Positions 19,135 through 27,166 of a stretch of 64,000 nucleotides of DNA are shown piece by piece. The notes below the pieces were generated by a model. The model saw only the letters and a list, made by a program, of their open reading frames with translations. It was not told the origin of the DNA and ran no database searches. The position numbers and the translations under genes are program-made. Source of the DNA: Candidatus Poribacteria bacterium. Lineage in GTDB: Bacteria > Poribacteria > WGA-4E > WGA-3G. Within the stretch, counting starts at the first letter, position 1, and every line of letters starts with the position of its first letter. The DNA lies in assembly GCA_965214095.1 (NCBI GenBank), contig OZ243938.1:3744001-3808000 (forward strand), in the 5' to 3' direction.

Positions 19135-21888
19135 ATGTTCACTAATCCCTATTCCATTTACATAGATAAACGCCCGATGAGGATCGTGTTCCTTGTGAGT
19201 CCTTCACAGGACAGCATTGAGATAGTCGATAAAATAATAAATTACAACAGGGGATTGTGGGGTGGTCGATACAACCCAATTATTCTAACTGATGGAAAAG
19301 CAATCGAAGATAATTGGTGGAAGTTTCTACGCGACCTTGACCCAGATGTTATCAAACCTTTAGTGCCTCTGAGCAATGAACTCATAGAAAAATTTGAAAA
19401 CTTCCTCTCTCCTTTGACAATTGAAGAGTTTCGAGAAGATGACAATTCAAGATTAGAAGTAGGTACCCGCATTTCTCCTGCACGTGTAAATCCTAAATCA
19501 ATAAATTCCCGTGAATCTTTGGTCTTGTTTAGAGAACCAATACTTGGGCTTTTTAATGTAGATGAGATGGACTCCGGCGTAGATAAACTTTTCATTGACC
19601 GCAATTTTGGAGTATCTGCAGACGGAAGACATCATTACGGTTGGGATGCATTTGATATTCCGATATCGCTTGAGACAGCATTGTCGCGCGGAGAAGTTCC
19701 TCAAGAGATACATGAAGGATTTATAAAAAAAGGACTTGAAGAAAAAGGTATACCTTTTTCTCAGGAAGTTTTCAGTAAAGAATCAGTGCAAGAACCTGGA
19801 AATTGGGCAATAATAGATAGGGAAAATAATGGTATACACTACATTGAACGTAGGGATGGAAGATTATGTGTTCTTCCTTATAGGAAAAGTAAGATTCTCA
19901 ACTCTGATGAAAATGAGATTGAGAAAAATATCTACTTAACGGTTGATCGGGAAAGTCTCGTTGATGCTTTATCAGAACTCGCTAAAACTAATAATATGAT
20001 ATACCGTGATCAAATTTGTGCTTTTCCGAATACAGAACGAGATGTTGAAAAACAAGAACAAGATCGTTTTCAAGTTATTGTAGGTGATACTATAGAAGAT
20101 CTTGTCTATTTTTGGAACAGACCTTGGTTGATAAGTCGATGGAAACGGCAGTATATGCATCAGTTATGGCTTCCCACTGCCTTAGCTACTGATCCAGATA
20201 TGGAAGATGCGCTCTGTGCTTGGATAAACAAGAATTCTTGGATTGAGCGTGAAAATTCCAAAGCAATCCAGTTTGTTAGCTTCAGCACTGAAGAAGAGGA
20301 TCTTAAGAATATAGCAAGTAGGTTCCGGAATAAACTAAGGTTTTCTACTAACGTAAAATGTTACGATGAACCACAAACACCTAATTTTCGTTCTGAAGAT
20401 CCATTATTCTCCTTGCGTCAAAATCCATTTACCGATAGAGATAGTAATATTGAACTTCATAGGGGACAAGGTAATACAAACATACTTGAATTAACCGAAC
20501 CTAATGGAATTGCCCAACGCGATCTGGACGGACATTGGATGGCAGATTTTTATATTGAGTTTACAAGTGATATGTACAATAATCATGATGCACCAATAAT
20601 AAGAATAAGAAACCAATTTTCCTTTTGGCAGTTTCCAAACCGCAACCATTTGACGCGCAACATGTTTGATAGATTTTGCAGAATCCGACAGAACGGTTTC
20701 CCAACCGCCCTGATGAAACGAGGAGAAAAAGTATTAAGGTTCACGCTTGAAAATCCTGAGGTTGTAGTAGCTTCACTATTTTATGGTAATAATCGTTTTG
20801 AGTATGTTGATAGCGATCCACGGACTCAGGTTGCGATTGCCCCATACTATTACTCAAAAATATCAGATAAAGGAAAATATCTTCAAGGTGTACTCGAACT
20901 GTTTGGTAATCTGACCTATGCTTACGAAATATTCAGGAACCCGTATTGGCGGGCAATGTTTGATCTCTTGTGCAAAAACACTCGCGCAGAACAGAATGCG
21001 AAAAAGTTAGTCGAGGACAAATTGAGAAAACTAATCAATAGGTCGGAACCGTTGACATCTTCTAACCAAAATGCTATTGAGGCACTTGCCACACAAGCTG
21101 TAGACATCGCAAAAAAACTAAAATTAAAACAGAAAGAAGTTCCTTTCAAAGCATTTGAAGTAGAAGCAGAGATAAGGCGAGATACCTTTATTGAAGGCGT
21201 AAAATCAACAGGTAACTACTCCGAAAGGGACCTAATGGGTTTTGGTTTTAGACCCGAAGATGTGAAAGATGCTCTTTCACAATTAACAGAGAGGAATATT
21301 ATCCAGATTGGTGTAAACCCACGATGCCCTAATTGCGGTATAACAACATGGTTTCATGTAGACGACATCGGACAACAATTAACATGTCAAGGATGTAGGA
21401 GACCATTTCCTCTTCATCCACAACTTACTTGGCAATATAGATTGAATAATCTCGCCCATGCTGCTCATGCCCAACATGGAACTACGCCTCTAATTTTAGT
21501 TTTGGGACAATTGTTCAATGAAAGCAGATGTTCTTTTCTCTATTCTCCTAATTTAAATTTATGTGCTGAACAGCAGGACAACTCGTCTGTAGACTTAGAC
21601 TTAGATTCAATTGCAGAAGTCGATATCGCATGCATTCAGGATAGTAAATTCATTATTGGTGAAGTCAAGCAGTCAATGAGTCTTTTCAGTAAAAAGGATT
21701 TTGATGATATGGCAGAGATTGCCAAGAGAGTAAAACCAGATAAGGTTTTATTTTCATGTATAGATAAACAACAACCAACTCAAAACATAACTAACCACAT
21801 TGAAAGAATCAAAAAGGAACTATGTCCACTTGAAATTGATGTTATATGGTACGAATTGGAATCTTTGGATTATTCATATAGTGTGTAG
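19135..21888 (+). CDS. Large hypothetical protein with C-terminal Zn ribbon and PD-(D/E)XK-like nuclease motif (candidate defence protein)
   Basis: 917-aa AT-rich ORF; CPNC...CQGC; EVDIACIQDSKFIIGEVKQS fits D-x(n)-E-x-K. Confidence 0.75.
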   Translation: MFTNPYSIYIDKRPMRIVFLVSPSQDSIEIVDKIINYNRGLWGGRYNPIILTDGKAIEDNWWKFLRDLDPDVIKPLVPLSNELIEKFENFLSPLTIEEFREDDNSRLEVGTRISPARVNPKSINSRESLVLFREPILGLFNVDEMDSGVDKLFIDRNFGVSADGRHHYGWDAFDIPISLETALSRGEVPQEIHEGFIKKGLEEKGIPFSQEVFSKESVQEPGNWAIIDRENNGIHYIERRDGRLCVLPYRKSKILNSDENEIEKNIYLTVDRESLVDALSELAKTNNMIYRDQICAFPNTERDVEKQEQDRFQVIVGDTIEDLVYFWNRPWLISRWKRQYMHQLWLPTALATDPDMEDALCAWINKNSWIERENSKAIQFVSFSTEEEDLKNIASRFRNKLRFSTNVKCYDEPQTPNFRSEDPLFSLRQNPFTDRDSNIELHRGQGNTNILELTEPNGIAQRDLDGHWMADFYIEFTSDMYNNHDAPIIRIRNQFSFWQFPNRNHLTRNMFDRFCRIRQNGFPTALMKRGEKVLRFTLENPEVVVASLFYGNNRFEYVDSDPRTQVAIAPYYYSKISDKGKYLQGVLELFGNLTYAYEIFRNPYWRAMFDLLCKNTRAEQNAKKLVEDKLRKLINRSEPLTSSNQNAIEALATQAVDIAKKLKLKQKEVPFKAFEVEAEIRRDTFIEGVKSTGNYSERDLMGFGFRPEDVKDALSQLTERNIIQIGVNPRCPNCGITTWFHVDDIGQQLTCQGCRRPFPLHPQLTWQYRLNNLAHAAHAQHGTTPLILVLGQLFNESRCSFLYSPNLNLCAEQQDNSSVDLDLDSIAEVDIACIQDSKFIIGEVKQSMSLFSKKDFDDMAEIAKRVKPDKVLFSCIDKQQPTQNITNHIERIKKELCPLEIDVIWYELESLDYSYSV

Positions 21889-22054
21889 TGTGAAATAGAT
21901 TTATAGCGATGATACTAAATTAATGCGGACAAGTCAAGAAGGCACTTTGTCTCTGAACCTGAACGAAATGCAGACAATTCAGTCCCATTTGCAACGCTAC
22001 AATGCAATCCAACTGATGTAGAGTTTGAGACTTTTCCGCGCGGTTTGGTTTAGG

Positions 22055-22135
22055 GCAATTAAATGTATTGTTTATGTGAGTGTGGAATCTGCTTGCATTA
22101 TTGATAATCTGCCCGCTGAAATAACTGCGGAATAA
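22055..22135 (+). pseudogene. Orphan 3' tail of a Type ISP gene (copy 2)
   Basis: Translates AIKCIVYVSVESACIIDNLPAEITAE*; 17/26 aa identical to the ISP C-terminus AIRRIVYVSVKSARIVDGLPGEITDG*. Confidence 0.88.
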
Positions 22136-22265
22136 GGTTCCCCTGTACTTTTTGAATTGGAATTGAAGAAACTGTTATAGAATAAAATGAACACAGAAAT
22201 TATAAGATGGTTGGACACTCAGTTGCAACAAATTCCAAGACCATCTTTTTTCTAAAGGTAGATCA

Positions 22266-23480
22266 ATGTATACTAACCGAACCGAACTCATAGAAAAAAT
22301 ATTTCTTGGTGAAGACACAACAATTGAATTCAAAAGAGAGATGCCTCACAGAAACAGTTTGGCAGACGAGATTGCTGCTTTTGCAAACGCCCAAGGCGGC
22401 GTAATACTTATCGGCGTTGACGACTATAGGGAAATTGTTGGCCTTGAACTGCCGGAGCTGGATAGGATAGAAAAAACGGTTGTTGAAATATGCAATGACT
22501 GGATTGAACCTACCGTTCCCATCTTCACAGAAAAATTAAGGTTTGATGGTAAAAACCTACTAAAAATTGATGTGTCGCGTAGTCTTTTTGTTCATAAAAC
22601 GTCTAACGGTTATTTCACCCGTAAAGAAAGATGCAAGAAAGAGATGTCAACACAACAGTTAGCCCGACTGTTTCAAACCCGTTCACAGCCGCGCAAAATT
22701 CACTTTGACACACTACCTGTCCCAAACACACATAGAAGAACATTAAGGGAATCGTTATATCGACGATGCATCACAGAAAACGTCTCTGAAGATGAGATAG
22801 AAGACCTACTCTTGAAAAGAAGTTTACTTGTTAAAGAAGGACAGACGACCCGTGCTACTGTTGCTGGCGTTTTAATGTGTCACGATACACCTGATGATTT
22901 TCTCTATAACAGTTTTATTCAAGCCGTTTATTATAGCGGCAAAGTAAAAGATGCGAACTACCAAATTGATGCAAAAGATTTTAGAGGACCACTTGACCAA
23001 CAGATTATAGATGCCTTTAAGTTTGTCCAAAAACACAATGAGGTATCAGCGCGTAAGGACATTGGTAGGATAGACCGACCTCAATACAGCATGCGCGCCG
23101 TTTTCGAGGCAATCGTTAACGCAGTTGTACATAGAGATTATTCTAAAGACGAGTCAAGAATTCGTCTTTTCATGTTTGCTGATCGACTGGAACTATATTC
23201 TCCCGGTGCATTAGCAAATACTGTAACAATTGAAAAATTACCCTATAACCAAGCTACCCGTAATGAACTCTTAGCACGTTTACTTTCGGAAATTAATTTA
23301 GATGATGATGTTGGAGGAGAAGTGAAGCGGAGACACTTTTTAGAGGGACGTGGTGAAGGTGTAGGTATCATCCTGAACGAAAGTGAACAATTGAGTGGAA
23401 AAATACCTGTCTATGAACTATTTAACGAAGAATTGTGCTTAACAATTTTCGCCGCAAAATCCCTTCAAGAAACAGTATAA
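22266..23480 (+). CDS. AlbA_2 (Schlafen-like) domain plus HATPase_c_4/RecG-C-type protein
   Basis: GEDTTIEFK, IAAFANAQGGVILIGVDD; EAIVNAVVHRDYS, ELYSPG, RN.LLA, EGRGEGV. Confidence 0.88.
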   Translation: MYTNRTELIEKIFLGEDTTIEFKREMPHRNSLADEIAAFANAQGGVILIGVDDYREIVGLELPELDRIEKTVVEICNDWIEPTVPIFTEKLRFDGKNLLKIDVSRSLFVHKTSNGYFTRKERCKKEMSTQQLARLFQTRSQPRKIHFDTLPVPNTHRRTLRESLYRRCITENVSEDEIEDLLLKRSLLVKEGQTTRATVAGVLMCHDTPDDFLYNSFIQAVYYSGKVKDANYQIDAKDFRGPLDQQIIDAFKFVQKHNEVSARKDIGRIDRPQYSMRAVFEAIVNAVVHRDYSKDESRIRLFMFADRLELYSPGALANTVTIEKLPYNQATRNELLARLLSEINLDDDVGGEVKRRHFLEGRGEGVGIILNESEQLSGKIPVYELFNEELCLTIFAAKSLQETV

Positions 23481-23596
23481 ACGATTGGTTTTCAGATCCA
23501 TACGATATTATTGAAGCAATCAAGCGGATTGTTTATGTGAGTGTAGAATCTACGCGAATTATTGATGGGCTGCCTAATGAGATAACTACTGACTAA
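23480..23596 (+). pseudogene. Orphan 3' tail of a Type ISP gene (copy 3)
   Basis: Translates NDWFSDPYDIIEAIKRIVYVSVESTRIIDGLPNEITTD*; 26/38 aa identical to ISP 18395-18511 with no gaps; begins at the stop codon of the preceding gene. Confidence 0.92.
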
Positions 23597-23635
23597 TGTA
23601 ATCACCACGCACTATCGTCAAATCTTTTATAAGAA

Positions 23636-23725
23636 TGTACTGCCAGCGGATACTCTTTTCAGTTAGAGTGTTATTATACCGTAATCTGGGTTTAGACTGT
23701 GGACACAATTTCCGATGGCAGTACA
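23636..23725. repeat. 15-bp inverted repeat with 60-nt spacer between convergent units
   Basis: TGTACTGCCAGCGGA ... TCCGATGGCAGTACA (14/15 complementary). Confidence 0.6.
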
Positions 23726-23782
23726 GTTTTTCTGATATGTATTGCATTGCTATAGAACAAAGATGAGGAAATTCAGTAGATT

Positions 23783-24757
23783 TTATTCAAGAGAATCCTC
23801 AAGCTCCATTAACATCTTTGGAACTTGTAGCATCATTTTATATTGCTTCTGAAGTGAATTCTGATGAGATGAAATCCAAGAAAGGGCATTAGCAACATCA
23901 TAGATATTTTCTGCAGGTTGTGCTCCAGGCACATTACCTTCCAAAGAAATTCTAATCATATAACAATCTTTTTTTTCTTCAGTTTTTTTGTCTTTGAATC
24001 TTGTGATCTTTGCATCTTGTCCTGTTTCCAGAATACTATATACTCTTTCAGCATTCCTGCGTCCCCACTTATCAGAGACTATAGTGTCAATCCAGTTCTG
24101 TAGTATTTCTGCATCTGTATCAGCATTTAGTTCTTTCTGTTTCCATTTTGTATATACTTCTTTTTCTCGTTGAATTTTTGAGATGTTTTCATTTAGATAT
24201 TCAATCAGTAATCCAGGATTTAAAGACCTTGTATGTCGTTTACTAAATCTACTTTCTGTGTCTAAACACATAAGCCCGTTCAAACAAACAAGTCTGTACC
24301 AAGATAACTCAAAAGCTAATTGAGCATTTCCATCTACAGAGTTCCTAACATGCAACTGAGGTATGAGTATATGGCCATCTCCTGGATCAAATATATATCC
24401 TTTCAAGAATTGTATTTTCAACCACATACGCTCGCCGTATTCTGTTAAATACAAGTTGCATTCGGTTTCATCTATGTTATATCCCAGATTTTCAAATGCT
24501 TTAGTAATAATTTCAAGTATCTCAGAATGTTGAACAAGAGAATATGATTTAGATACTGTTGCGACAGGTATGCCACCATGTGAAGTATTTACGATTACAT
24601 CAAAATGTTTATTCTCCAATCCGCCTACTTCAAAAGGCTGCTTCCTAAAAACAGATATATAATCTGCAATTTCTACAAGATTTCCTTTATGTTCATTAAC
24701 TAATCTACTGTCCCATTCTAAATTATTTAGGTGGTATGTATTCTCTAAGGTGTTCAT
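23783..24757 (-). CDS. DUF932-like domain protein
   Basis: VATVSKSYSLVQH, GERM, RNSVDG, YRLVCLNGL, KRHT motifs typical of the DUF932/YafZ-like group. Confidence 0.75.
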   Translation of the reverse strand: MNTLENTYHLNNLEWDSRLVNEHKGNLVEIADYISVFRKQPFEVGGLENKHFDVIVNTSHGGIPVATVSKSYSLVQHSEILEIITKAFENLGYNIDETECNLYLTEYGERMWLKIQFLKGYIFDPGDGHILIPQLHVRNSVDGNAQLAFELSWYRLVCLNGLMCLDTESRFSKRHTRSLNPGLLIEYLNENISKIQREKEVYTKWKQKELNADTDAEILQNWIDTIVSDKWGRRNAERVYSILETGQDAKITRFKDKKTEEKKDCYMIRISLEGNVPGAQPAENIYDVANALSWISSHQNSLQKQYKMMLQVPKMLMELEDSLE

Positions 24758-25037
24758 GGTAATTTCCGTGTTCTAATTTATTAGCTTTTCTAGCTGAGAT
24801 TATGCGAATTACATTTCCCCGTTCAGTATGAATAACAACCAGCAATCTGTTTTTAACAGAATATCCAGTAGTTTTATATCTTTCTTCATCTTGTGAGTGT
24901 AGATCATCGTTCTCTGTTAATGATAGAGAAGATGAGAATACTGTCATTGCTTCATGAAAAGTTACTTTATGTTTTTTTACATTGTTTGTTTGCTTGTTCT
25001 CGTCCCACTCAAATTTAAGGTTATCATTGAATTCCAC
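24723..25037 (-). CDS. brnT: BrnT family toxin (RelE-like ribonuclease)
   Basis: FEWDENK...N..KH.V.F.EA, EERY..TG, LLVVIHTERG..IRIISARKA; GTG start. Confidence 0.88.
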   Translation of the reverse strand: MEFNDNLKFEWDENKQTNNVKKHKVTFHEAMTVFSSSLSLTENDDLHSQDEERYKTTGYSVKNRLLVVIHTERGNVIRIISARKANKLEHGNYHEHLREYIPPK

Positions 25038-25107
25038 GTACCCATCTCTGCCCCGCAGGAAATTGCTTTATGCAATCTCTAATAATCTATTTTGTGATGT
25101 GAAATCT

Positions 25108-25136
25108 ATGATAACATATTTCTTAGAGCTTGTCAA
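25108..25136 (-). promoter_or_regulatory. Sigma70-type promoter for brnT-DUF932
   Basis: Minus strand TTGACA-17 nt-TATCAT. Confidence 0.65.
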
Positions 25137-25152
25137 GAAATTGCTTTAACTG

Positions 25153-25514
25153 GGGTGTGTGAAGTTTTTGGCACAGAGATACACGCTTCTGTTTTCTTTA
25201 GTCCCGTAGGGACAGAATGTTTGTAGAAACCGAGTAGCATTCAACTCTTTAGTCCCGTATGAAGATTAAGAAATAAATTGGGTAATTTCCTTGAGAAGTC
25301 CGGTGCGGTTAGGAAACCGCACTATAGGCATCAATTTAGTGTTAATTATGCATTTTCCCCAAGACGGTAGGTTCGGTTTCCTAACCGAACCGGATCCTAC
25401 GGTAGAACCTCTATGAAGGTATTTGGCACAAAGCCGGTGCGGTTAGGAAACCGAACCTACCGGCACTTGGAAGGACGCTAAATTGACACCTATGGTGAAA
25501 AACTTTACATACCC
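25153..25514. mobile_element. Compound MITE-like element (right border of defence island) with REP hairpins and a nested MITE
   Basis: Outer TIRs GGGTGTGTGAAGTTTT...AAAACTTTACATACCC; the left end matches 13433 at 19/22 nt; family A REPs at 25301, 25365 and 25434; GTCCCGTAGGGAC palindrome at 25201. Confidence 0.65.
25327..25490. mobile_element. Nested MITE flanked by TA, carrying an inverted REP pair
   Basis: TA|GGCATCAATTTAGTGT ... ACGCTAAATTGACACC|TA. Confidence 0.6.
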
Positions 25515-25580
25515 TTGTATTTTCATCATTCATCTGGTAAAATAGATATAGAAATAAACTACGAAGAAACACAACAAAAC

Positions 25581-25940
25581 ATGGACAATATCATCATAAA
25601 AGGTATAAGATTTCACGGACATCACGGTGTTCCTGAAGCAGAACGTCAAGTCGGTGGACACTATGAAGTTGATGCCACGTTGAGTTGTCCGCTGATAGAT
25701 GCAGGCAAGTCCGACACACTTGAAGACACAATTGATTATGCAAGTGTTGTTGATCTAATCATTGATATTGGCACACAAAGATCTTTTCAGCTGATAGAAG
25801 CATTAGCAGAGACAATAGCAACAGAGATCTTACAGCAGTATCCAATAGATTCTGTCCACCTTAAAGTCAAGAAACTCAAACCTCCAATAGAGCAACCCAT
25901 CACCTACTTTGCAGTTGAAATCTGTCGTCCAAAGGAGTGA
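25581..25940 (+). CDS. folB: Dihydroneopterin aldolase
   Basis: FHGHHGV.EAER..G, SDTLEDTIDY, LIEALAE, VKKLKPP; ATG at 25581. Confidence 0.93.
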   Translation: MDNIIIKGIRFHGHHGVPEAERQVGGHYEVDATLSCPLIDAGKSDTLEDTIDYASVVDLIIDIGTQRSFQLIEALAETIATEILQQYPIDSVHLKVKKLKPPIEQPITYFAVEICRPKE

Positions 25941-27145
25941 ACATGCGTTTTTGTAGAAGAATATGCATCGTTATTTTTTTGCTATGTCTAACAAATACTA
26001 TTACTTACGCAGGTGGCAAAAAAACACAACTCTTTGTTGACCTGTCAACAGGTCTCAACATCTACCGTTACGACTGGGATAAGGAAACTTGCATCCTATA
26101 TGTTGCTGAGATTTCTCGGAAAGAACCAACCCTACATTTTGAGGTCGGACTCGCAAATTCACAAGTTCTTGGCAAAGAGACTGTCCGATCTATTGCCCAA
26201 CGTCATACACAAAAGAATGACCGCCGCGTTGTCGTCGCTGTAAACGGAGGCTTCGGTGTTCTCGGTGATATGCGAGGTTACGGTGGTGTATTAGAAAGTC
26301 TACATATACAAGATGGTGAACTGATCACTCAACCAACGGACACTGATGCCTGCTTCGGAGTCACTGATACCGGTGATTTCCTCAGCACTCCCGTGCAAAT
26401 GAAAGCAACTATACAAATAGGTTCACATACATTAGATATCGGATGTATCAATCAGCGAAGACTTGATGGATGTAAGGTAATACTCTATACGCCACGTCTT
26501 GGGGACTCTACTCACACCAACCGCCGCAGAGGAAAGGAAATAATACTTAGTGGACTCACACTACCATTGACACCAAACTACACGCAATCATACAATGTTC
26601 AGGCAGTTTCCACCGCCGGTAACACTGCAATCCCTAAAGACAGTGCCGTTCTCTGGATAAGTTCACAGGTTAAAGACACAGCAATTTCTCAGTTCAAAGC
26701 GGGAGCAAAGGGGAAAATCAATGTCTCACTCACACCGCCTGAATGGAATAAGGTAAAACACGCACTCGGTGGAAGATTACGATTGCTCAAGAATGGAAAG
26801 ATAAACCAGATGCTTGTTGATATGCACAATAAAGAGAAAAAGCATGTCCCCGGTAAACGTAATCAAGTGCTCAATCTGAGTCATGAACCCAGAACAGCAC
26901 TCGCTTATAATGCCGATACACTTTTTTTGGTTGTCGCTGATGGCAGGCAACCAAAATATAGTATGGGATTAACTCTCTACGAACTTGCTGACATTCTTAT
27001 TGAACTGGGAGCAACTGAAGCGATCAATCTTGATGGGGGTTCTTCAAGCACTTTTGTTGTCAATGATGAAGTTATCAACAAACCTTCAGGAAATAGAGAA
27101 CGGGAAGTTCTTAATGCAGTGTTAATTACAAAGGATGTAGAATAA
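25937..27145 (+). CDS. Phosphodiester glycosidase (NAGPA-like) family exported protein
   Basis: AVNGGF, EPRTALA, VADGRQ, AINLDGGSS, REVLNA. Confidence 0.85.
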   Translation: MNMRFCRRICIVIFLLCLTNTITYAGGKKTQLFVDLSTGLNIYRYDWDKETCILYVAEISRKEPTLHFEVGLANSQVLGKETVRSIAQRHTQKNDRRVVVAVNGGFGVLGDMRGYGGVLESLHIQDGELITQPTDTDACFGVTDTGDFLSTPVQMKATIQIGSHTLDIGCINQRRLDGCKVILYTPRLGDSTHTNRRRGKEIILSGLTLPLTPNYTQSYNVQAVSTAGNTAIPKDSAVLWISSQVKDTAISQFKAGAKGKINVSLTPPEWNKVKHALGGRLRLLKNGKINQMLVDMHNKEKKHVPGKRNQVLNLSHEPRTALAYNADTLFLVVADGRQPKYSMGLTLYELADILIELGATEAINLDGGSSSTFVVNDEVINKPSGNREREVLNAVLITKDVE

Positions 27146-27166
27146 TTCTAATTTTGGAGGCACACC

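Noticed and set aside
18395-23596. ISP tail copies as DGR template/variable repeats
   Set aside because: Differences are not confined to adenines (e.g. gac/gat, gct/tca) and no reverse transcriptase is present in the window.
18512-25152. Integron cassette array
   Set aside because: No integron integrase and no convincing RYYYAAC...GTTRRRY attC sites; the separators are coding-derived tails.
25290-25470. CRISPR array from recurring GGTTAGGAAACCG repeats
   Set aside because: Copies alternate in orientation, are irregularly spaced and dispersed, and no cas genes are present; they fit REP hairpins.
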